Below, in pieces: positions 1 through 13,000 of a stretch of 64,000 nucleotides of DNA. The number at the start of each line of letters is the position of its first letter. The stretch's first letter is position 1. The position numbers and the translations under genes are program-made. The stretch spans positions 103,976,001-104,040,000 of the forward strand of contig NC_086108.1 in NCBI RefSeq assembly GCF_963921235.1. Reading direction: 5' to 3'. Under the pieces are notes generated by a model. It was not told the DNA's origin. It searched no databases and saw only the letters and a program-made list of their open reading frames with translations. The stretch comes from Mobula hypostoma. Lineage: Eukaryota.

Positions 1-2830
1 GTTATATATACCATCTCTAAGAATACTTTCTAGCAATTTACCCACCACTGACGTCAAACTCACAGGTCGATAATTGCTAGGTTTACTCTTAGAACCCTTT
101 TGAAACAATGGAACAACATGGAGCAATACGCCAACCCTCTGGCACCATCCCCGTTTCTAATGACATTTGAAATATTTCTGTCAGAGCCCCTGCTATTTCC
201 ACACTAACTTCTCTCAAGGTCCTAGGGAATATCTTGTCTGGACCTAGAGACTTATCCACTTTTATATTCCTTAAAAGCGCCAGTACTTCCTCTTCTTTAA
301 TCATGATACTTTCCATAACTACCCTTCTTGTTTCCTTTACCTTACACAATTCAATATCCTTCTCCTTAGTGAATACCAAAGAAAAGAAATTGTTCAAAAT
401 CTCCCCCATCACTTTTGGCTCCGCACATAGTTGTCCACTCTGACTCTCTAAGGGACCAATTTTATCCCTCACTATCCTTTTGCTATTAATATAACTGTAG
501 AAACCCTCTGGATTTTATTTTTACCTTACTTGCCAAAGCAGCCTCGTATCTTCTTTTAGCTTTTCTAATTTCTTTCTTAAGATTCTTTTTAGATTCTTTA
601 TATTCCTTGAGCACCTCATTTACTCCAAGCTGCCTACATTTATTGTAGATCCCTCTCTTTTTCTGAACCAAGTTTCCAATATCCCTTGAAAACCATGGCT
701 CTCTCAAACTTTTAACCTTACCTTTCAACCGAACAGGAACATAAAGATCCCGTACCCTCAAAATTTCACCTTTAAATGACCTCCATTTCTCTATTACATC
801 CTTCCCATAAAACAAATTGTCCTAATTCACTCCTTCTAAATCCATTCGCATCTCCTCAAAGTTAGCCTTTCTCCAATCAAAAATCTCAACCCTGGGTCTA
901 GTCCTATCCTTCTCCATAATTATATTGAAACTAATGGTATTGTGATCACTGGACCCGAAGTGCTCCCCAACACATACCTCCATCACCTGCCCTGTCTCAT
1001 TCCCTAACAGGAGATCCAACACTGCCCCTTCTCTAGTTGGTAACCCTATGTATTGCTGCAAAAAACTATCTTGCACACATTCGACAAAATCCAAACCATC
1101 CAGTCCTTTTACAGAATGGGCTTCCCAGTCAATGGGTGGAAAATTAAAACCTCCCACAATCACAACCTTGTGCTTACTACAAATATCTGCTATCTCCTTA
1201 CAAATTCGCTCCTCCAATTCTCACTCCCCATTAGGTGGTCCCCTATACACCCCTATAAGCATCACTACACCTTTCCCATCCCTCATTTCCACCCAAATAG
1301 CCTCCCCTAGATGAGTCCACTAATCTATCCTGCCAGAGCACCGCTGTTACATTTTCTGACAAGCAATGCAACACCTCCCCCTCTTGCCCCTCCTATTCTA
1401 TCACACCTGAAGCAACAAAATCTAGGAATATTTAGTTGCCAATCACACCCCTCCTGCAACCATGCTTCACTAACAACTACAACGTCATATTTCCAGGTAT
1501 CAATCCATGCTCTAAGCTCATCCATCTTTCTTACAATGCTCCTAGCATTAAAATAGATGCATTTAAGAAACTCTCCACTTCTTACTGTTTATCCTTAATG
1601 GAGCAAACAACTTTGTTATCTTTTTCTTCCTTCTCCCCTACATCTTCCGTCTGAGTACTCCTCATCTGTCCCCTGCCTATGCTCCCTCACACAGTCTACT
1701 AACTTTCTCTATTTGTGAACTAACCTCCTCTCTTAGTCTCTTCAATTTGATTCCCACCCCCCAACCATTCTAGTTTAAAGTCACCTCAGTAACCTTCGCA
1801 AATCTCCCCGCCAGGATATTGGTCCCCCTAGGATTCAAGTGCAATCCATCCTTTTTGTACAGGTCACACCTGCGCCAAAAGAAGTCCCAATGATCCAAAA
1901 CCTTGAATCCCCGCCCCCTGCTCCAATCCCTCAGCCACGCACTTATCCTCCACCTCATTGCATTCCTACTCTGTCGCGTGGCACAGGCAGTAATCCCGAG
2001 ATTACTACCTTTGCCATCCTTCTTCTCAACTCCCTATATTCTCCTTTCAGGACCTCTTCCCTTTTCTTACCTATGTCATTGGTACCTATATGTACCACGA
2101 CCTCTGGCTCCTTTCCCTCCCACTTCAGGATATCTTGGACGTGATCAGTAGCATCCTGGACCCTGGCACCAGGGAGGCAAACTACCATCCGAGTCTCCTG
2201 ACTGCGTCCACAGAATCGCCTATCTGACCACCTAACTATCGAGTCCCCTATTACTACTGCCCTCCTCTTCCTTTCCTTACCCTTCTGAGCTAGAGGGCCG
2301 GACGCTGTGCCAGAGGCACGGCCACTGTTGCTTCCCCCAGGTAAGTTGTCCCCCCCCCCCCAACAGTACTCAAACAGGAGTACTTATTGTCAAGGGGTAC
2401 AGCCACTGGGGTAATCTCTAGTACCTGACCCCTTCCCCTTCCCCACCGTGACCCATTTGTCTGCCTCCCGTGGCCCCGGTGTGACCACCTGCCTGTAATT
2501 CCTCTCTATCAACTCCTCACTCTCCCTGACCAGATGAAGGTCATCAAGCTGCAGCTCCAATTCCCTAACACGGTCCCTTAGGAGCTGCATCTCAGCGCAG
2601 GTGTGGACGTTCGGGAGGCTAGGAGACTCCAGGACCTCCCACATCCGACACCAAGAACAACAGACTGCCCTCACACTCATATTTTCCCCTCTCCTTAAAA
2701 ACAGGAAAAAATGAAAACCAAACCTTCACCTCGTCCGTTTCCACCTAAGCCCGTTGAGCCAAACCCCTTAAGCCCTTACTTTGCTCCCGGCTCACTCCGC
2801 CACCCGCAAACGATGCTGCCCGCTGTATAA
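1..2830 (-). mobile_element. CR1-type LINE, 5' portion: ORF1 (Cys motif/leucine zipper plus SGNH esterase, ~2680-1770) and ORF2 APE endonuclease running towards RT; frameshifted, continues beyond the window start
   Basis: ORF pieces CCSWCRMWE..RVRELELQLDDL, CLPGARVQD..VVVHIGTND..DGLHLN, VVVSEAWL, RGGGVAL, LDLLL..SDHN, KSLGPDKIFPRTLRE. Confidence 0.88.
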
Positions 2831-2849
2831 GGCTGTACATACTGTAGCT

Positions 2850-5800
2850 AGTTCAGCAAGAATGAGTTCAGTTAGTGGTATGTTCTTTGTGTGAGGAGTG
2901 GGAATTCTAGTTCTCGTCTCCCTGATAACTACATATGCATGAAGTGCATTGAGCCGCAGCTGGATGACCTCAGGCTCATACAGGAAAATGAGGTGGTTAT
3001 AGATAGGGGCGATTACCTCCCTGTAGCTCCTAAATGATTGTTAGGAGAGGTAAAGGGAATAGGCAGCCAGTGTGGTATAACCCTGTAGCCATTCCTCTCA
3101 ATAAGTATACTGCTTTCAGTGGAGGGGGCAAACAGCCCAACAGGGGAAAGCTGCAGTGACCAGGTCTCCAGCACTGAGGCTTGAAAAAAGGGTGGGGGAG
3201 AAAGGAGCAAAGGGGGGAGGGGAGAGCAGTAGAGTAAGGGGATTCCATAATTAGAGGAGCAGAAAGCAGATTCTGTGCATGTGATATTACCTCCCAGGTG
3301 CCTGGGTCAGGGATGTCTTGGATTGGATCTATGGTATTTGAAGGCGGGGGGGGGGAGGGAATGTGAACAGCCAGAAGTCATGGCATATATTGGTGCCAAC
3401 TAAATCGGCAGGAAAAGGAAGGAGGTCCTGAAGAGTATATAGGGGGAAAGAGTTAGGCAGAAAGCAGAAAAACGGGACTTTCAGGGTATCATAAACAAAA
3501 AATTCTCTGCAGATGCTGGGGTCAAAGCAACACATACAACACGCTGGAGAAACTCAGCAGGTCGGGCAGCATCCATGGAAATAACCAGTGAATGTTTCGG
3601 GCCGAGGTTGTGCATGTTACCTTCAGGGTATAATCTCTGGATTGTTGCTTGTGCCACGTGCCAGTAGAGCAAGATCAAGATGATCTGGCAAATGACTGCG
3701 TGACTGAAGAACTGGTGCAGGGGACAGGGTTAATGGAATTCTAGATCATGGGATCTCTTCTGGAGAAGGTACCACCTGTTCAAAAAGGGTGGGTTACACC
3801 TTAACCTGAAGGGGGCCAATATCCTTGTGGGCAGTTTCGCTAGAGCTATTGGAGAGGGTTTAAACTAATTTGGCAGGGGATTGGGAACCGAAGTGATAGG
3901 GCTGAGGATGAGGCAATTGGTATACGACTAGATCTAGTGGGTAGTAAGACTGAGAAGGACAGGCAGATGATAGGGCAAATTTGCAGTGTGATGGGTTAAA
4001 GTGTAACAGGAGGCTAAAATCAAAAAGGTGATGGCTACAAGACTGAAGGTGTTATACTTGAATTCATGCAGTATACAGAATAAGGTAGACCTTGGAGTGC
4101 ATTTGAGATGGCAGGTATGTCGTGGGTATCACTGAGACGTGGCTGAACGAAAATCATGGTTGGGTGCTTATCATCAAAGGATACACGTTGTATTGAAAGG
4201 ACAAGCAGTGTAGGTAGAAGGGTCTGTTGGTAAAGATAAATCAAATCCTTAGAGGTGACATAGGACCAGATGATGTAGGTTACTGTGGGTAGAGTTAAAG
4301 AAACTGCAAGGGTAAAAAGACCTTGCTGGGAGTTATAGACAGGCCTCCAAACAGTAGCCAGGTTGTGGGCTACAAATTACAATGGGAAATAAAAATGGCA
4401 TGTCAAAAAGTCAAGTCACTTTTTATTGTCATTTCGACCATAACTGCTGGTACAGAACACAGTAAAAACGAGAACTTTTTAAAAAAAAAGTCTGTGCCGG
4501 TGACTAGTGGTGTGCAGCAGGGGTTGGTTTTGGGACCAATTCTTTGCACATTATGTCAATTATTTGGATGAAAGACTTGAGGTCTGGAATACAAAAGGGT
4601 GTAATGCTGGGGCTTTAGAAGACATTGGCCAGACCAGATCATTAAGTATTGTTAAGTTACGGGTCCCTTCTCCAAGAGACATGCGGGTATTTAGAGAGGG
4701 TACAGAGGACGATCACAAGAATGATCCCAGGAATGAAAGGGTCAATACATGAACAGTATTTGCTGGCTCTGAGCCTGTACGCAGTGGAGCTCAGAATGGG
4801 GGTGGGGGGGGGGCTCATCCAGAAGATTAAAATGCATGAGATCCATGGTGAATTGGCCATTTAGATTCATAACTGGCTTGCCCATAGGAAACAGAAGGTA
4901 ATGGTTGATGGGACTTATCCAGCTGGAGCTCTGTGATTTGTGCTGTTCAGCAGAGATCTGTACTGGGGCATCTGCTGTTTGTGATGTATATAAATGACCT
5001 AGATGAAAATGTAGATGGGTGGGGTTAGTAAGTTTGCAGATGGTATCTTTGGGTGTGTTGTGGATAGTGGCAAAAACGGATATAGATCAGTTGCAAATAC
5101 GGGTGGAGAAATGGCAGATGGAGTTTAACCCGGCCAAATGTTGGGTGAAGTGAAGTGTTGCACCGTGGTAAGTCAAATGTAGATAGTACACCATTAAGGG
5201 CAAGATACTTGACAGTGCTGATGAGCAGAGGGATCCAAGTTTATAGCTTCCTTTAAGTGGCTACACAGGTTGAGGGAGTGGTTAAGAAGGCCTTTATTAG
5301 TAAAGGTATTGATTTCAAAATTCAGGAAGTTATGTTGCAGCTTTATAAAACTCCAGCTGGACTGCATCTGGAATATTGTATTTAGTTCTAGTCTTCCTAC
5401 TGTAGGATCTCCATCTGAGGTTTATTAGAGGGTGCAGACCTTTACTAGAATGCAGTCCTGATCAGATTGCATGTGCTATAATGCGAGATTGGACAAGATG
5501 GTGTTTTCTCTGGAGCAGTGGAAATTGAAGGGAGATCCAATATAAGTGTACATTATGAGGGACAGTGTACAGACATTATCCCCCCCCCCCCCAAGAGTTG
5601 AAACGTCTGATAGCAGAGGGCACGCATTTAAAGTGAGAGCGGTTAAGTCCAAAGGAGATGTGAAGGGAATTTATTTATTCAATATTTTTTTTTAAAAGAG
5701 TGGCAGGTGCCCAGGTTGTGCCGCCCAAGGTGGTGGTAGCGAAAGATACATTAGGGACTTTAATGAGACATTTAGATAGGCACATGAATACAAGGAAAAT

Positions 5801-5930
5801 GGAAACACATGAACTTTGTAGAGGCAGAAGGAATTGGGTTAGTTGGCCATATTATTACTAATTTAATTGGTTTTGCGCAACATTGTGGACTGGAGGGCCT
5901 GATCCTGACCTGTACCGTTTTAATTACTGC
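2850..5930 (+). mobile_element. Degenerate, internally deleted or mosaic CR1 LINE sequence (ORF1 esterase, EN, RT 3' end)
   Basis: Homologous to element 1 on the opposite strand; RT fragments VTSGVQQGLVLGP and LERVQRTITRMIPG; CR1-like 3' tail near 5900. Confidence 0.75.
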
Positions 5931-6149
5931 TGAAAATATAATATTTTCTGTGTATTATTTACCTTTTTAAAAATTGTTTGCACAATTTTCTCTTTTGTTC
6001 CCATAATGGATGCATGACTGGGGTTTTTCATCAATTACATTGTATTTCTTTGTTTTATGGCTGCCTGCAAGAAGATGGATCTCAATGTTGTATATGGTAT
6101 ACATACTTCGAAAATAAATGTATTTTGAACTGACAAAGGACACAGGCTA

Positions 6150-7468
6150 TAATTATTTGAGCAACTTAAGACTTTATTTATAAATCAAATCCTTTACAAT
6201 TTAATTCACACTAAAGTCAGTTACACATCAGTAAGTAAAGCAAAACCTTTAATGTCAATATATCTGTATCATTCTCAAACAGCTTTGTCAGATGAGAAGT
6301 TACCTTACTGTTCAGCTCCAAATCTGTATATCCCTTCCTCCAACCACAGCAAGCCCTTTATTTGCTTAGTAGTCTTCTCCAGCAATGCACATTTTCTGAA
6401 GATTTTTTCTTCGAGATAGTATCTAATCCATCTCAAAAGTCATGTTTTAAAAAAATGCAAAAGAAATATGCAGGAAACCTATCTAACAGTGTACCAATAA
6501 TAAAGTACAATCAGGAATAATAGCAAATATCTGCAGTGAAATCCAGATACATCATTCCTCTAAATTCTCTTACAGTTGCTGCCTAATATAAAACACTATT
6601 GGGTTAAATGACAATTCACTATAGAATCTAACAAACTGTGTACAGTAATAAAAGCAGAAGATCTCTTCTGCAGATTTTCTTAGAATCCAGACTTCTAAAC
6701 ATTTTTGAGACAAACAAAAATGTGTAAGTTGTTCAAGCAAGCCCTCAAATGTAAAAAGTTCAATGTGCTCATTTATACAAGCTGCATCCATTTTTCCTAA
6801 CTTACTGCAGATTCCTATATTTACATTGCATCATTAAGTAAACTGCCAAGATAACAGACAAATAAACTGTTATATCTCTGTATTTCTTCTCTATTCAACT
6901 TAAAACCTACTTTCAAAATTATAATGCATATAATTTGATATGTTCATTTTAATTCAGTAATTTAAATTTATACTTTGAACTCTGTAGAAGCATCAAAGAA
7001 AGACCAAAGTAAAAACAAAATAACCAGAGGAAAAACAAGCCAAAAAAAAGCATACATAAAAAGTCTTGCAATTCTAAACTGGTCTTGTCCTGATGACTTA
7101 AAATTTGTACAACTCTAGATGTATTAAATTTGACTGGACTATGTAATTTAAAATAGTTTCAGCCTGCAGGAAAAAGTGGATTTAGTTTAACATGTGCCTA
7201 TGACTGAAACACGGGAGCAGAAACAAGTTCATAAGCCAAAATCAGAGAACATGTCCGATCAGAATATCACAGTTTGTGCATAATAAACCTGCACACAAAT
7301 GACGTTTCCCTCAAAATAAACATTACCTTATACAGAGAGCCCTTGTATGTTTTTATGTTCATCAGTTCAAAAGGATGAACTCAAAGGAATCCTCCATAAG
7401 GGTAGAAACTATCTCAAGGCCTGCTGCTATGACCTATGAATCGGGTGCTGCCAGCTAGCTCTTCAGCG
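6150..7468 (-). other. FUBP1: Candidate FUBP1 distal terminal exon with long 3'UTR
   Basis: Acceptor gttcttgcacag|CGCTGAAG; repeat-free AT-rich sequence down to AATAAA at 6173-6178, after which LINE sequence begins; 3' end approximate. Confidence 0.5.
6173..6178 (-). terminator. Candidate distal polyadenylation signal AATAAA
   Basis: tttatt on the plus strand; downstream GU-rich tract (gcctgtgtcctttgtc on the minus strand); sits at the unique/repeat boundary. Confidence 0.5.
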
Positions 7469-8692
7469 CTGTGCAAGAACGAAGGCACCGTCTATGTGTA
7501 CTTTGAGGGGAAAAGAATTGCCAAGAGATAAGCAGACTGGCTTTTAGACAATATCACGAAGACTTTTTGATTAAAATACAAAGGTAATAACATCTGGCAT
7601 ATTTAATCCCCTAAAATAAATTGCACTCAAGTGGATTCACCCATTTGATCACATGATTTCTAAGCGGGTCACCAACTAAAATACTGTAAACTCACAAACC
7701 TGCAGTAAATGGTGAATCACCATTAAAAACATTGCAAAATAACAGCATACCTGACCTTAACATACAATTATGTGCCTGAGATTAGTGCAGTGTAAACTGC
7801 TGATATTTTAACCTAATCTCCAGGCTATTTCTCAAAAGGCTTCAATGCGGAAACAGCAAGTCTCACTCTGCAGACCTCTTATGCAATACCGAAAGGGTTG
7901 ATATTTGGGAAATGTACGCTAGCTTCATGGGGGTGAAATAACCAAAGGCATTTTTCATCCAGAGTGGGAGAGGGATAAAATAAGACAATATGGAATAACC
8001 ATAGCAAAGCATACAGCTTTTCCTACAAAAACATACAAACTGAATAGGTTTATATAAACTCCTCTTAACTCCCCCAATCCCTCTTGCCAATATATGTATT
8101 ATTAAACAAATACAACAAGGTCTTCGCAGCTGATTCACATTCTAATTATAGATTTAGAATGAAAGCATAGCAACGGTAGTGATGCAGACACCTAATATAT
8201 AATGAAATCTGAACAAACAGCCCTTCAGAATGGACAGTAGTTTTATGACTTAAGTTCCTATCAAAAGTTATGTTAGTAATTTCTAAATACTCTCATAAAA
8301 ACTGGAGCTGCTAATCGCACACTGAACACTTTATCCATGTACAAATTCCTACTTCTTCCAAAATCAAAAACTTAAAACAGCAAGGCAAACGTGATGGCAT
8401 TGCAAAGACAGATAAAATGCTTCAGCTACAGGCCCAAAACCCGAACGAGTCTCTTTCAGATGCTGACATTTCTAGTCTTGTACATTATTGCATATTCATA
8501 GCCTTTTATGCTTTTAACCCACATAAATTTATATATTAGAATTATATCACATTTGGCTAATCAGACTAACGTAATTGCATTCTTGTACTGTAAAGGAATG
8601 AGGAGTTTCATCACAATAGTGCAACAACAGAGGGCCAACAACTGGTTAAAATCTTTCCAACCCTGTAAGAATGTGCCTTTGGTCTCGCTTAC

Positions 8693-8739
8693 CTTTCAGT
8701 GTACTGCAGCAGAACTTAAGGTTCAAGGTCTGGGTGACA
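8693..8739 (-). other. FUBP1: Candidate FUBP1 distal 47-nt alternative exon (CHPDLEP* if spliced to exon 20)
   Basis: Acceptor atacttcacag|TGT and strong donor AAG|gtaagc. Confidence 0.55.
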
Positions 8740-9804
8740 CTGTGAAGTATAAAAATTGCACTTCATTTGCAATGAGTTGCGACTTCACATGGTACAAGAA
8801 AACTATACCAAAAGCCTCCATTTGAAACACTTTCTTATAAAGTGAGCATTACAATAACTTTGGCATTCAGTTGCAATGCGAGATGTATGGAACTGGTTTA
8901 TGGAGTTCTGCTTTAAAGGAAAGGGTGCTTTACTCATTCAGCTAAGTATATTCAAAGTTTATTGCTGCTGTCTAAATACCTAAAACATTGCATGCATAGT
9001 TATATATGGCAAAAAGCTATGAAAGATCCACACTATATTCAAGTGACTGCTTCATTACTATCAAAACGACCATATCAATTGATACAGGCTAGGCTTCATT
9101 ACATGCTCTACAGAAAGATTAAACTCCAATGACAAATTTATCCCAAAAGTGTTTACCATGAACAAGATAAATACACCGCAACCCAAAAAAACTCGGAGAT
9201 TCATGTTCTCACCATGTTTTATGGCTATATCAATACTCAATACGTGCACTAACTTTGCCCAATAACCGTCCCACTTTTCATGAAACAGTAAGGATACTAA
9301 AACCTCAAATTGTTTCATCTAATTAAAAACTCATTTAATGAGCTTACATTCTCACCAATCCCTTGACTAGGTTCTCAAAACAGCTTTACAAATTTATGAA
9401 AAATTGGAAGGGGCTAATTTGATCCATCAAAAATAAAAGGCAGGCCAATTTAACAATTGAGGTTGTTTCCCCCAGGCACAAATCTCAGAATTTAAGAGGG
9501 AGAAATTAGCATACTATGGGAGGGGAAGGGGAAGCTGAAACAGGGGCAATATTTGCCTCCCATTATAAGTGTGATAACTTCCTTGATACTTTGTCCTAAC
9601 ATGCAGTTGCCAAAGGAAGAGGGAGTAGTCAGTCCAGAATTTAAACTGTTCCTCACAGGTACAATAACATTAGATGCACTTTTCTTGTGTATTCAAGTTC
9701 AATGAATATTTATTATGATTGGTAGATATACTAACATCACTGTCTTTTGCAATAAAAACACCCACAGAAGACCAAATATTCCCTTCACAGAAATATACAT
9801 AGGG

Positions 9805-10095
9805 TATAGCAGGCTTTTTCCACTGAGATTGGGCGAGACTAAAACCAGATGTCATGGCTTAAGGGTGAAAGATGAACTATTTAAGGGGAAAATGAGGGGG
9901 AACTTCTTCATGCTGATGATGGCAAGTGTGGAACAAGTTGCCAGTGGAAGTGGTGGATGTGGGTTCAATTTCAAGACTTAGAAATTTGGATAGGCACATG
10001 GATAGGAGGAGCATGGAGGGCTATGGTCTAGTTGCAGGTTGAGGGACTAGATGGGCAGAATGGCCTGTTCCTATGCTATAGTGTTCTATGACTCG
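9805..10095 (+). mobile_element. CR1 3'-end fragment
   Basis: LFPLRLGETKTRCHGLRVK..RGNFF followed by the CR1 tail (ggcctgtttc...tctatgact-like). Confidence 0.75.
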
Positions 10096-13000
10096 GACTA
10101 TTACTCTACTGGCATTGTTCAAAAAATATAGCATCAATTTTTTTTAATGAGATCACAGCCAGCTGGAAAATGTACAAAAAATTATATATTTCGTACAGAA
10201 TCACAAACTACATGCAATTGGAAATAAAATCAGATCACTGGCAGTCAATGGTAGATATCCAGAGCTACCAAAATAAATGTTACAATTCTGATAGACTGTG
10301 GGAGGAGATGGTCATCCTCACCTTGGGATCCGGGACTGTTGCTGACCAATGTTAAGGAGTCTGGATCATCCAAACTTTTGAACAGGCACGTGTAATCCCG
10401 GTGAAGATTTTGTCATGACTAATTCAATTTGGCCTGGATTTTGTCTGCAAGGTCACACTGTCAGAAGTGCTTAGGTCTATAATCTGACAAAGAATAAAAG
10501 CCTAAATTTAAAAATGAACAGAAAGAAATCCTATACGGTACCAACTGTGACTGCTACCCTAAAGAACAGCAATCAAGATAAATATCCCTGCTCAAACATA
10601 ACTCACATTTATCAGCTTTGAGATATAATTCCGCATAATGGGATGGATGGGTAGAGTGGCAATTGCTCAGAAATCAATTGGTCAAAAATATTTAGCTATA
10701 TATTGCCTTTTAAAGATGAGCTCCACCATCAAGCAATAATCAAATGCATTCATTTCAAACATTACAATCTACAACAAACCAAAATACAGAATCATGAACA
10801 AAGGTGACTTTTCCTCTGGAAGGCAAAACAAGGAGGTCAATTTAATCTGTTCCACATTTGATTCTTAATGCAATGGAGAACAGAACATTTGGTTGTCTTT
10901 CAATTTGTTGCGAACGCATTTACAAAAACAAGCTTTTGTTTTACTAAGCGTTTTACACATTTTTCTTATTTGAATGCCAAATATATTGCAAACCATTTAT
11001 GGTCAAAATATTTGCATTGAATTAAAGATAAATTTTGGAATTCCAAATCACCTTTTCCTACAATTAAGCCAAGATGAATCGGCTTTAATTTATCAGCAAA
11101 ATCATTCATTCAATGGATAGCTGCATAGCTACCATTCAAAACTTTCAACCTAGGCAATGTAAAATTAAGTTATCAAATTCAGAAGCAGGTAGCAAGACAC
11201 ATTAATTTTCTCCACAGCCAAATACAAAGTTTTAAGGTCCCACATCAGGGCTTCCATAACAATGTGAATTTGGTAGGGTTGTTCTGACTGAAAAGAATGT
11301 TTGGGAGATGGGGCTGGCAAGAGGAAGAAATGCAAACCTATTACGAACCAATATCTTGTTAGGCTAGTCCAGTATCTCGGTAACTTGAAAATAAATGTTA
11401 TAAACAAAGAAAAGCAAAACAAATGCGTAACATCAAGTTCTAAGCTCTAATTTATTAAAATCTTCTTAAAAATCAAATGAATACATCCTTCAGCAATCAC
11501 AATCCTATTCAAGCTCCTCACCTCTTTGCCCAGCTTTAGATAATTCTGCAAAGATATATTCTAGTGAAATAGTGCTGGCTTATTTCCAAAGTCACTCCAG
11601 CTACCTATGCAAAACATCTTTGGCTGTTTACAATGTTAAGGGTGCTATACAGACATAATATTTCAGAGAAAATGCTGAGCATTACTTAACAATGCTAATT
11701 GCATATTTAATTTGTGAAATTAAACTATAATAAGATGACAGCAGCAAGATTTGGCAAATGGTGAACTACACACATAGCTTGGTACCAGAGGAGATAAAAA
11801 GATCAAGCAGAAGGAAGCTTATTTAATTATTAGCAAAAGCTCAAGGTAGAGTATTTGGAGAAATATTTGGAGCCTAGAGAATTCAAAGTGACAGTGCCTT
11901 ACAAAGGAGAAATACAACAAAATTTCAAAGAGAAGAGAATTTGAGTTAAAAGTTACCAATTTAAAAAAATATGAAAGTTGCATGAGCATTTAGGTGCCTC
12001 AGATGAAAAATTTAATCACAATTGGCACTTAGCTACACAAATCAGTAAATCAACAATTAATCTCACCTGAGTTTGCTGATCACAAACGAAGATGGAAATA
12101 AGTAATGCTACAAATGGCACAGTCCTGGTTTATGCAAACAGTGGACAAAAGAAAAGACTACCAGGTATTGCTACTGCTCTCCAGCACTTAGTATGCATGG
12201 CCTGGTGGCTGCAGCACAAAGAAAAGTGCAGCTTCAATGCAATCCACTGCTAAAGTAGCTTGCTGATGCCTAATGCCACAGCTAACACAAAGAATGGATG
12301 ATTAGAGAGCAACTCACATCTGAAGAGTGCTTTTGCAGAGTAAGGAGAAAAAAAAACACAGAACTAAAATATCCTGAACAGGAAGCTGCTTTGCAAACAA
12401 ACCTATCTTCTGTAATTCAAGATTTCATTATTGAACAAACCATTTTCTTGAATATTTGCCCTGACTGGTTTATTTGATATCCAAAGAAGCAGAGTCAAAT
12501 GTTAAATTTTGAAAAGATATATAGCAGTTGCAAAACTACAACAATGTATATCAGTATAGAGACATTGCTGTTCAGTAAACACCTCATGCTCTTATAGTGC
12601 AAGATGACCTAACTGTGGAAAAACAAAGTACATTATGCCGGCATTTAAAAAGCCTGAGCAAAATGTTCATGCAACTAGGCAACTTAAATGAAGGCCTGAA
12701 CCATCAGGTCAGCTAGATAAATGATGGGACACTAACATTTATCCCAAGTTTATCAATAGAATTTCATCTTCATATCATTTTGTTGTTCATTACTGTTAGC
12801 CCCAAATCCTACCACCTGCCAGTCTTGACTAGAATTTAATACACCTCAGATTAATTTAGGAAGACTAACATTGTACCCATTTCCTTGAAACCTGCTCTAG
12901 CAATCTCAAGCATTCACAATCAGCAAGCTGCACTGAATGCTAAGCAATTACGTATTATCACTAACTTTACATTTCAGGATTACAACTCTGCTCATAATGT

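Noticed and set aside
7860..7965. Possible intronic or UTR snoRNA
   Set aside because: No canonical C/D boxes with terminal stem, nor an H/ACA layout, could be identified.
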